The notes beneath the pieces were generated by a model. It was not told the DNA's origin and ran no database searches. It worked only from the letters and a program-made list of their open reading frames with translations. Made by a program: the position numbers and the translations under genes. This document shows positions 38,234 to 48,356 of a stretch of 64,000 nt of DNA, in pieces; positions within the stretch are counted from its first letter, which is position 1; every line of letters starts with the position of its first letter. Source of the DNA: Squalus acanthias (taxonomy: Eukaryota); contig CM059433.1 of assembly GCA_030390025.1 (NCBI GenBank), positions 21,020,001 to 21,084,000 on the forward strand, written 5' to 3'.

Positions 38234-38661
38234 TGTTGCGGTTGATAAGCACTCAGCGGAGACTTCGGTACGGTACAACGATCGCTTTATTCAAGTGCAC
38301 ACAGGGAGAAGTCTCTCTTCCAGCAAGGTCGAGAGAATTCTGATTCTACAGCAAGCAACAGCTACTTTTTATGCTCACAAGCCGCAAGAAGAAACATGTT
38401 ATTTCGCACGTACACATTTACTTCGGAAAAACCGCAGACATCGCTTTGGCTGTTGTCCTCAATACCTGCAGCAGTTACTGTCTGCCACCTGAGCTGTAGA
38501 AGCTGCCTACATCCTCTATTCAGAGAGGTTGTCTCCTTGGCTTACCTACGCTTATCTACACACTTTGTGGTTTCTGTTATCTGGGTCACAATGTTCCATT
38601 TAGACTCGGTTCCCCAATGCTCAGCGTTTAACAATTTATGCTCCTAACATGTACCCTAACA
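38234..38661 (-). mobile_element. Solo LTR
   Basis: TGTT...AACA termini with a 5-bp TSD TATTG (38229-38233, 38662-38666). AATAAA on the minus strand near 38286 and a TATA-like motif near 38366. Confidence 0.8.
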
Positions 38662-38893
38662 TATTGCAAATAGAAAAACAAATCAAAATAGAAACTGTAA
38701 AGTAGGGAGATAATATATATTATAATAAAGTCAAAAATGCCAAGAGTCTTAGGTAGGCATCGTGCATGCTTTCGCCATTCAGTAACTTCAGGGACAGGGA
38801 AGTGGAGCTATCAAGTCCTCCTGGTAGACCAGCATGAAATGAACATCCTTTCAGCAGATGCACGCCATCCTCAACAGTACCACAGTTATACAC

Positions 38894-39072
38894 AAGTGAG
38901 AAGTCGCACAACACCAGGTTATAGTCCAACAGTTTTATTTGAAATCACAAGCTTTCGGAACAGCAGCTCCGAAAGCTTGTGATTTCAAATAAAACTGTTG
39001 GACTATAACCTGGTGTTGTGCGACTTCTCACTTTTATTCACCCCAGTCCAACACCGGCATCTCCGCATCATG
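38894..39072. mobile_element. Second PLE family: palindromic pLTR remnant plus tail
   Basis: Perfect 66-bp inverted arms (38894-38959 and 38968-39033) with an 8-nt spacer. Tail 39034-39072 is homologous to 1119-1154. TSD ACAGTTATACACAAG at 38882-38896 and 39073-39087. Confidence 0.88.
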
Positions 39073-39447
39073 ACAGTTATACACAAGGTGGTACCTGAGT
39101 CCCCAAAGCGTGGTCATTGTCCGCACACCTTACCACCCCACATCTAAAACAGTTGAACTTGCACCAGAGATGGAGCGGTTTACTGGAGCTCACCAATGAA
39201 GAGTGGACACTGGGCAAGGTAATGGAGAGCAGCCTGTGCCCGAGGAATTAGTTCCCAGTGTCTCGAGGAGAGGAAGGGAGAAAACTGTGGGGATCTTTAA
39301 TGTCTACCAGCACAGGCAGACAGGATGTCAGGTTAATATCTCATCCAAAAGACAGATGGATATTGTGTGCACTCTTTTCCTGTTGTTTGTGGCCACAGAG
39401 TTATATGACTGCCACGGTGTGCCTGATATCGGTCCTTGGTCTAAGGT

Positions 39448-39856
39448 GTCAGCTGTGGCTCAGTGTCTGAGTCAGAAAGTTGTGGGTTCAAATCCCACTC
39501 CAGAGACTTGAATACATAATCTAGGCTGACACTCCAGTGCAGTACTGAGGGAATGCTACACTATTGGAGGTGCCGTCTTTTGGATGAAGCATTAGACCAA
39601 AATGCTGTTTGCCCTCTCAGGTGGATGTTAAAGATCCCACGGCACTATTCGAAGAGCAAGAGAGTTCTGGTGTCCAGACAAACATTTAAACCTCTACCAA
39701 CATCACTAAAAATAGATTATTTAATCATTATCTCAGTTCTGTTTCTGAGACCTGCTGTGCGCAAATTGGCTGCCGTGTTTCCTACGTTACAACAGTGACT
39801 ACACTTCAAAAGCACTTCATTGGCTGTAAAGAGCTTTGGGACATCCTGAAGTCATG
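39448..39856 (+). mobile_element. Deu-domain SINE lacking its terminal tail
   Basis: tRNA-like head and Deu domain, joined directly to L2 sequence. Confidence 0.85.
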
Positions 39857-40377
39857 TGGCCAGCCTCCCATCTTCCACCCTACATAAACTTGAGCTCATC
39901 CAAAACTCTGCTGCCCATATCCTAACTCGCACCAAGTCCCGTTCACCCTTCACCTCTGTTTTTGCTGACCTATATTGCCACCCAGTCCGGCAATGCATCA
40001 ATTTTTACATTCTCATCCTTGTTTTCAAATCCCTCCATGGCCTCGCCCCTCCCTTTATCTACAACCTTCTCCAGCTGTACAACCCTCCGAGATCTCTGCG
40101 CTCATCCAATTCCGGCCTCTTGCGCATCCCCTATTTAAATCACTCCACCATTGGTGGCCGTGCTTTCAGTTGCCGAGGTCCTAAGCTCTGGAATTTCCTC
40201 CCTCAATCTCTCCGCCTCTATACCTCTCTCTCCTCCTTTAAGATGCTCCTTAAAACCTTCCTCCCTGGTCATCTGTCCTAATATCTCCTTACGTGGCTCA
40301 GCGACAAATTTTGTTTGATAATGCTCTGGGACGTTTTACTACGTTAAAGGCACTATATAAATGCAAGTTGTTGTTGT
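39857..40377 (+). mobile_element. L2 3' portion
   Basis: LPSSTLHKLELIQNSAA...GPKLWN, ending in a (GTT)n tail. Confidence 0.9.
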
Positions 40378-41843
40378 AAATCCAGGTATTTCTTTTTCTC
40401 TATACTGAAATTACTTGGTCTTGCCATGTCTCCCTCTGGAACGATGAAATAAATATATGCTAGAGACATAGCAGATATAATAGAGTAGGCACAACAGGGA
40501 AAAGTCAGAATATCCATGAGTGAGATATGAAGTTCTTATGAGCTGAATAAATCAATTTTAAATACCACATTCACTTTATTCGCCCTCAGCTTAGAACTAT
40601 TTTTGGTTATCCCACAGACAGATTATTATAATATGGCAGAATTAGAATCCATAGCAAAGTCCTTTGTTACTAAATATTGGAAACTGCTGCTAAGCTGTGC
40701 ATCTCTCTGAATCAACACTAATAAATATTACACGTATACATGGTTGTATACACCAAGTGAAGTGTGTTTTATCTGAGCAATAATAATGAGCAATAGCAGA
40801 GTCAACTCAACCTGTAAATTCAAATCCCTCTTTGACTTATAATTCACTCAAGTATTACTCTTTTCCTTTTTCCTTTGTGTTTAAGATTCAGAAGTTTATT
40901 GCTGAGCATAACCTATGTGAGACTATGGCAGCGCTATTTAATTCTGATGGATCAGAGAGTGTTTCTCAACATTATACTTGTCCATTAAGGTTGCAACTAA
41001 TTACAGGCTCATCATCAACTGGAACTAACTGTGTCTTTCTCTTCTGTGAAGTCAATTCACTGCATTTTTGTTAAGCTTTAAAAAGCTGCTTGATCATCAG
41101 TATTTTTTTATAACTCGTGCGATTTCGATTTGCTGAGTTTCATTATTTAACTGAATTGCTGAAGGGAGGCTCAATATCAAGAACCTTTTCTTGAAAAATG
41201 GAAACGTGCAGAAGAATCATTTTCTTTTTTAGGAGTTGCAACATTGACCTCATTGGCGGGGGCGGGGGACAAACTAACTTGGAAGAATTTCTGAACTTGT
41301 TTCTGTGTAGGAGCTCAATTAACCTCAGTCAATACAGGTATTAACCCAGAATGCTTCAACAGTTCCAGCCTTTCATTTACACGTGTTAATTCAGCTCACT
41401 TGCCTGTTTCATTAGTACAAAAACCTTATTCAATACGGTTTCCAGAACAAGCAATAACTCTGTTTAAAGAACATAAATTGGGAGAAAACAAAAGGCATTT
41501 GGACAATAGTTGCACCTGATTTTGGTCTTTTCCCTTGTCTACTGAAGGCATTGATTTCTGGCAGGCGTATGGTTACTCTTGGGTATTTCAACTAAGTGGC
41601 CGTTCTTCATGTCTACGTCTGAACAGTTAATATTGGCAGCTCTGCAACTGTGGGAAGCATCATAAATAAATGCAATCCTGTCATCACCCGATGTCCATGC
41701 TCATGCATTTCCAGCAGTGTCTGGTGAGTCATTAGGTGTGGAAATCTTTGATTTCTCCCCTCCTCCCAAATCCAGGTATGCTGAGGTGAATTGTAGTATC
41801 CCCACTGCTGCCTGGCAGTAATAGACTAACCCAGCACAGACTA

Positions 41844-42172
41844 ACGTCTTTCGGATGAGACGCTAAACCGAGGCCCCGTCTGCTCGCTCAGGTGAACGTA
41901 AAAGATCGCATGGCACTATTTCGAAGAAGAGTAGGGGAGTTATCCCCGGTGTCCTGGCCAATATTTATCCTTCAACCAACATAACAAAAAACAGATCATC
42001 TGGTCATTTTCACGTTGCTGTTTGTGGGAGCTTGCTGTGCGCAAATTGGCTGCCGCGTTTCCCACATTACAACAGTGACTACACTTCAAAAGTACTTCGT
42101 TGGCTGTGAAGCGCATCGAGACGTCCGGTGGTCGTGAAAGGCGCTATAGAAATGCAAGTCTTTCTTTCTTTT
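41844..42172 (+). mobile_element. Deu-domain SINE, 5'-truncated and CpG-rich (young)
   Basis: Deu domain and (TTTC)n tail. Confidence 0.87.
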
Positions 42173-42768
42173 TAGGGCTCCAACCTGGAATCCCCCTGGT
42201 TTGTATGGCTGAGTTGATCACTGTCTCAACAAGATGAATCATCACTTCTACTGCAACTCATTTTAAAGGGCATCAGATGATAATGCTTCCCTTCCTCCAC
42301 AAAGGAATGCAAGAGGAAGTTTCTCTGGTGATTTTTATTTTGGTGCAGGGCACATATGGTGCACATTGGAGCTTTTTTGTCTGAATTTTCTCGCTTCTCT
42401 CCCGAACACTTACTGCAATACAGTTCCGGGGCATCAGTGGTCCTTTAATACCCTGCTCCAAGCGACTATTCTTCTTGTGTGAGTTTAACTGGTGAGTGTC
42501 AGAATTGTATTTGTCTGTGGAGGCATCATATCCGAGCTGGATGCTGACCTCATCCAAATTCTCCAGATGTGCACTTTGTAGCAAGTTTCATCGAATAGTT
42601 ATCAGGGGTAAGAATCCAACCTGATTTTTGTTCCCCGACCCAATCTGGGAACGTGGAGACCCAGTGTAGTGCATTTACCATTACACCAACAGATACCAGT
42701 TAACTCAGCACAGACCAGAAATCAAACGTGGGGACTTCCAGGTCTGCATGGCTCAATATTGTACAATG

Positions 42769-42931
42769 GGGTTGCACTTTCAACTTTAGCGGGGAGCCTA
42801 AAATGGGCAATAGCGGATTGGCCGCCCGCTATACACCCTGCCCAATTTTCCTTTCCATTGACCTCAATTGGGCGGGGTGTATCATGGGCAGCCGCCCGTT
42901 TTACACCTCGCTCAAGTTCAAAGTTCACCCC
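42769..42931. mobile_element. 163-bp Harbinger-type palindromic MITE
   Basis: TIRs GGGTTGCACTTTCAAC / GTTCAAAGTTCACCCC (13/16) with TSD ATG. Inner arms ATACACCCTGCCCAATT / AATTGGGCGGGGTGTAT. Confidence 0.75.
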
Positions 42932-44394
42932 ATGGAGTGCAAAGAGCTATTGAGGGAAGTAGAATCAGTTCATTTTAAAGGAGAAAATGTTTGGCAATCC
43001 ATTTTTGTCCGCTAAACATTCTGGGGTGATGATGCTCTTCCTCCTGTCCCTCCTAGCCCAAAAACATTTAAAAAAATTTGGCCCATTTTTGGAGCAGCCT
43101 GAACTGGTCTGTTTAAGTACCGCCAGCTACCAGTGGTCAGGGCGTACATGGTGCCTATCAGTGCGGTCCTACAACAGGCGTAGGATCCAGATTTAAATAT
43201 GAAGCACTGGGCACCCATTTCAAGGCCTGCTTGAAATTCAAGTCAGACTGGCCTCGGGTAGTCAATGGGCAAACTTGTTTCTTTTTTTTTAAATTTGCCT
43301 ACTGCACCATATTTCACAGGTGGTAGGCATATAAAAATTGCCCCCCCCCCCCATACCTCTTCAAAGAGATGTGGTGTAAAGGTATATAGGTACAGACAAA
43401 AGGCCTGTTTTTCACATTTGTCGCAGTTTTCTTGGCACAATCCATATTTTTGCAACCATAAGCAGGCCAAGCGCAGAGCCCACCTATGCGGGGTAATGAC
43501 GAACATCGTCGTTGGAAACCCAGTGCAGTGCTTAGCTTCCTTATATTCGTGTGATCCATTAAATCTCAATAAGGTGATTTGGCATTTAAGGCAACTGTGC
43601 ACTGATCAAAATCTGTAATACTTGTAATTTCTGGCCAAATGATTAAATAAAAATTAGCAAAATCAGTAAACCATACTTTTGCTTTTGCTACAGTCCTCTC
43701 TCCAATATGTTTTCTCCCAGTGCGAATGAAAATAAATGTCCTGTGACTTTTGCTGAAAGCTCTGATTGAAGAACCTAAGTCAGCCACTCTTTCTATCGCC
43801 TTTATCTTTGGTCTCAGTTGCTTCTGTCAACTTGAGTGAGGAAGTGGATCAGCAGGATGATGTAAGCACATAGTCTCGTCAACATCGCACTACATAACCC
43901 ATCTACATACATAGCGCTGTCAGAAAGACGCATCACTGTTGGACGCCTCAGCTGTTCCTATTACAACAGTAACTTCCCAAAGATGACAGAAGGGCTTTAA
44001 CAATTCAAGAAGTCACAGATTTTTGCAAATTTATATGTAAATCAACAGAGAAAAAGCAATTTGATTCCAATAGCTTTTTGGTGGAAAAACAAGTCCTCCA
44101 GTGAATGCAGCTTCTTGCCTCTGTGATGGTGTATGAGGCGAGACGTTTTAAAGATTTAGAATGTCTATCAGAAATTAAAACATTTGTATTTGAAGTTTCA
44201 AAGCTAAGGACAGATTGAAAGATGGTGAAGTGTTACTCACGAGACCTGGGGGAGCAGTACATTCAATGACTCCAATTATACTTAATGAGGTTGGCTTCAC
44301 TCAATCAGATGTGAAAGCTCTGTGTCGTTCTTATTGGTCCTGTTTATGTGAAGGAGCTTCTTTGTCAACTGTCCAATACTCCGTTGACAGTACA

Positions 44395-44952
44395 GACCCA
44401 CTTGCAATGGAAACTTGTGTCTGTGGCCGAAAACTTCTTGTGCGACCTATTATCCACACTTTTATCACATGGCTGGACTTCTCCAACTCTCTCCTCCCGT
44501 TCTACCAAAGCATTCAGAATGTTAAGGCAAACGCCCTCACCTGCACTAAGCTTGCATCCCAATCATCCTAGTCCTCATTCATCTCCTCTGCCCCAGAGAA
44601 TTGACTTTAAGATTCTCATCCTCACATTGAATTCCCTCCACGATCTTGTCTCTCCCTACCTCTGTAATATCCAGGCCTAAGCGTGCACACTCTAGTCCTC
44701 CAACATTGGCCTCTGTCTTGCTCCCTCCTTTTTCTCCGCTATTCAGCCACCTTGCACTTGCCCTCTGTATGGTCCTTCCCTCAGCACCTGTGCCATACTA
44801 CCTCCCTCCTTGCCTTCAAAAACCGCAGCACTGTGATTTTGCCCTTCCTCTTCCTTTCCTCTGCTTGGTGTCCACTCAATTTCCATCACCTTTTAAAGCA
44901 CTCTGCGGCATCTCCCTATGTAAGGAGTGCTGTGAAAATGCAACTGTTGTTT
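44395..44952 (+). mobile_element. Old L2 3' fragment
   Basis: IIHTFITWLDFSNSLL and LPQRIDFKILILTLNSLHDLVSPYL, with a decayed tail. Confidence 0.7.
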
Positions 44953-45254
44953 AACTATTCACAATAGTTATAAAGTCATTACTGTTGCAAAGAGCTTTTC
45001 AATCTTTGCCGTTGTTGGTAAGCAATTCTGAGCAGAGACAAGGCTGGGGACACCTAACTTTCTTTGGAGCAAATATATTACATTTTTGTATTTTTGAACC
45101 CATATTTCCTTCCAGCTCACTCACACAATGCCATTCTTGACAAAAAAGAATAAGTAATAATTCTCAACATGTTCTACAGTTGACTCCACCAAGAAACTTG
45201 CACACCCCTGTAACTAACGATATAGATCGTAAGTCTAGAAAAATGGTTTCCCTA

Positions 45255-45815
45255 TCGTGTCTCTTTACCTTGTTCCCTTCTCTATTTCCTTTTTTACCTT
45301 TCCTTCTGTATCTCTCTCTCCTCTTTCCCTTCTGTGTTCTCTCCTTCTCTTCTGTGTTCTCTCCTTCTCTTCTGTGTGCTCCTTTCTATCTTCCCTGCCT
45401 CATATGTCCTTCTCACCTTCCTTTCTACCTTTCTATTCCATTTTCTGCTTCTCCCTCTCTTCTCCCTTTCTATTTCTGTCTTTCTTTTTCTCTCTTTCTA
45501 CTCACTTTCTTTTCTGCTTTGTTCTTACTCCCTTTTCTCCTTTTTGCTCTCGCCCTACCTCCTACTTTTTCTCTCAGCTTTGTTCTCTCTCTCTTTCAGC
45601 TTCATTCTCTTTCTCTCTCTGCTTCACTTTTGTTTGTCCCCGCTCTCCTCTTGGGGGTTCCAGCTATCCTTTTATTTTCATCTCCTTTTCTTTGGTTCCC
45701 TTTTTCTGATCCACTCAGGCTGCCCTCTCATGCTTCTCTCTCCTCTCCTTTCTTACTCATCTCTCTTCTCTTTTCCTTTTCTCAATTTCTAACCTCTGCC
45801 GCCTTTGTCTCTTCC
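45255..45815. repeat. CT-rich low-complexity tract
   Basis: About 560 bp, almost entirely pyrimidine on the + strand. Confidence 0.9.
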
Positions 45816-46181
45816 TGGGAGGACTACAGGCTGATCTGTCGTCAGGAAACAGGAACCTCACTTGCGTAAATGTTTGTATTCACCTTCGGAGTGGTAATCT
45901 GGCACAGCAGATTGCCTGCCTGTTATAGAACCTGCCGCCCGCGGACTTCCCACCCAATCCAGGCAGGAAGTGGGTGGGAAACAGCTGCTCACCTGCAGGA
46001 AATCAGGCAGACTTTGGCTGTTGGCCGGCACCTAGGTAAGTGTGGGGACTTGGGGACCAGCGTTTGGGGCAGGGAAGCCTTAAACTTTGCCACATGGCTT
46101 CCCCATTCAGGCTGGAGTTAAAATTGCAGTCGGTGCCCGATGACGGTATTGGACCATACTCCCGCACATTTCAAGAAGGAT

Positions 46182-47909
46182 TCTGACACCTCCTCCTACC
46201 TCCACCTGGACCATGACCCCACTACCGAACATCAAGCCACCGTGTCCAAGACTGTCACTGACCTCATCTCCTCTGGAGATCTTCCCCCCACGGCCGCCAA
46301 CCTCATAGTTCCCCAACCCCGCACAGCCCGCTTCTACCTCCTTCCCAAGATCCACAAACAGGACTGCCCCGGTAGACCCATCGTTTCAGCCTGTTCTTGC
46401 CCCACGGAACTTATCTCTTCCTATCTCGACTCTATTTTTTCTCCCCTTGTCCAGTCTCTTCCCACCTACATCCGCGACTCTTCCGATGCCCTCCGCCATT
46501 TTAACAGTTTCCAGTTTCCCGGCCCCAACCGTCTCCTCTTCACTATGGACGTACAATCCCTCTACACCTCCATTCCCCACCAGGATGGCCTGAGGGCGCT
46601 CCGCTTCTTCCTTGAACAGAGGCCCAACCAGTCCCCATCCACCACCACCCTCCTCCGCCTGGCTGAACTTGTTCTCACATTGAACAACTTCTCCTTTGAC
46701 TCCACCCATTTCCTCCAAATTAAAGGTGTTGCTATGGGTACCCGCATGGGTCCTAGCTATGCCTGCCTTTTCGTGGGATATGTGGAACACTCTTTGTTCC
46801 AGTCCTACTCGGGTCCCCTCCCTCACCTCTTTTTCCGGTACATTGATGACTGTATCGGTGCCGTCTCCTGCTCTCGCCCTGAACTAGAACATTTCATTCA
46901 CTATGCTTCCAATTTCCACCCTTCCCTCACCTTCACATGGTCCATCTCCGACTCTTCTCTTCCCTTCCTCGACTTCTCCATCTCCATCTCTGGGGATAGG
47001 TTATTGACTAACATTCACTACAAGCCCACCGACTCCCACAGCTACCTGGACTACACTTCCTCCCACCCCGCCTCCTGTAAGGACTCTATTCCATTCTCCC
47101 AGTTTCTCCGTCTCCGCCGCATCTGCTCTGATGATGCCACCTTCCATACCAGTGCTTCCGACATGTCTTCCTTTTTCCTCAACCGAGGATTCCCCTCTAC
47201 CGTGGTCGACACGGCCCTCGACCGTGTCCGTTCTATCTCCCGCACATCTGCCCTCACCCCTGCCCCTCCCTCCCGGAACCACGATAGGGTTCCCCTTGTC
47301 CTCACCTTTCACCCCACCAGCCTCCACATTCAACGGATCATCCTCCGCCATTTCCGCCACCTCCAGCGTGATCCCACCACCAAACACATCTTCCCCTCAC
47401 CTCCCCTTTCAGCATTCCGCAGGGACCGCTCCCTCCGCGACACCCTAGTCCACTCCTCTACCACCCCCAGCACCCCTTCCCCTTCGCCCGGCACCTTCCC
47501 GTGCACGCGCAGGAGATGCAACACATGCCCTTATACCTCCCCTCTTCCCACTGTCCAGGGCCCCAAACACCCCTTCCAGGTGAAACAGCGATTTACTTGT
47601 ACTTCCTGCAATTTAGTATACTGTATTCGCTGCTCACGATGTGGACTCCTCTACATTGGGGAGACCAAACGCAGATTGGGTGACCGCTTTGCGGAACACC
47701 TCCGTTCAGTCCGTAAGGGGGACCCCGAGCTCCCGGTGGCCTGTCACTTTAATTCACCGCTTCACTCCCACTCTGACCTCACCGTCCTCGGCCTAATACA
47801 CTGTTCCACGGAAGCTCAGCGTAAGCTCGAGGAACAGCACCTCATCTTTCGTTTAGGCACGCTACAGCCCTCTGGACTCAATATCGAGTTCAACAATTTT
47901 AGATCATAA
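46182..47909 (+). CDS. 5'-truncated duplicate of the PLE ORF (RT core + GIY-YIG)
   Basis: Protein is identical to the C-terminal part of the 48357-51107 ORF from SDTSSYLHL onward. It is in frame with a flanking ATG at 46140. Confidence 0.85.
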   Translation, partial: SDTSSYLHLDHDPTTEHQATVSKTVTDLISSGDLPPTAANLIVPQPRTARFYLLPKIHKQDCPGRPIVSACSCPTELISSYLDSIFSPLVQSLPTYIRDSSDALRHFNSFQFPGPNRLLFTMDVQSLYTSIPHQDGLRALRFFLEQRPNQSPSTTTLLRLAELVLTLNNFSFDSTHFLQIKGVAMGTRMGPSYACLFVGYVEHSLFQSYSGPLPHLFFRYIDDCIGAVSCSRPELEHFIHYASNFHPSLTFTWSISDSSLPFLDFSISISGDRLLTNIHYKPTDSHSYLDYTSSHPASCKDSIPFSQFLRLRRICSDDATFHTSASDMSSFFLNRGFPSTVVDTALDRVRSISRTSALTPAPPSRNHDRVPLVLTFHPTSLHIQRIILRHFRHLQRDPTTKHIFPSPPLSAFRRDRSLRDTLVHSSTTPSTPSPSPGTFPCTRRRCNTCPYTSPLPTVQGPKHPFQVKQRFTCTSCNLVYCIRCSRCGLLYIGETKRRLGDRFAEHLRSVRKGDPELPVACHFNSPLHSHSDLTVLGLIHCSTEAQRKLEEQHLIFRLGTLQPSGLNIEFNNFRS

Positions 47910-48184
47910 CCTCAGCTCCAATCACATTTATATTTTATTTTATCCACCCTTTTATTTGTCCCCCCCACCTTTTTTTTCCTCCTAGAAGCTGGCAGCTGTC
48001 CTTCATTCTGCCAGTAGATTTCACACTTCATTCAGCCTTAATCTGTCACATTAACACCACCTCTAGCCTTGCATATCTCTTAATGTCTCTTAATGTCTCT
48101 TCATCTCCTCCTTTGTTCCTTTATCCCCTCCTCCTTTTCCCAGCTTTACCCTGCCTTAAATCTATTTGATTTCCAGCTCTTCCC

Positions 48185-48221
48185 AGTTCTGATGAAAGGT
48201 CATCGACCTGAAACGTCAACT
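48185..48221 (+). ncRNA. Minimal type I hammerhead ribozyme in the PLE pLTR (copy 1)
   Basis: agtt-CTGATGA-a-AGGTC-atc-GACCT-GAAAC-GTC-aact. Conserved core, 5-bp helix II, palindromic minimal helix III (ACGT), GUC triplet ending 48217 and 4-bp helix I. Confidence 0.88.
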
Positions 48222-48356
48222 CTCTTTCTCTCTCCACGGATGCTGCCTGGCCTGCTGAGTTTTTCCAGCGTTTTCTGTTGTTATTTCGGATTTCCAGCAT
48301 CTGCAGTATTTTGCTATCGTATTAGTGTTTGGTTCACTGCCACCTCTCTTCTTGGA

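Noticed and set aside
37553..38278. 241-aa ORF as a host-CR1 fusion gene
   Set aside because: Chance read-through from an LTR edge and unique DNA into a CR1 fragment; no supporting signals.
45180..45869. Three overlapping hydrophobic ORFs (150-229 aa) resembling membrane proteins
   Set aside because: Artefact of a CT-rich tract that lacks stop codons in all + frames; the same applies at 54496-54861.
46182..48285. Assembly duplication artefact
   Set aside because: The copies differ by one base, a single TSD flanks the array and partial tandems are typical of PLEs. Not formally excluded without reads.
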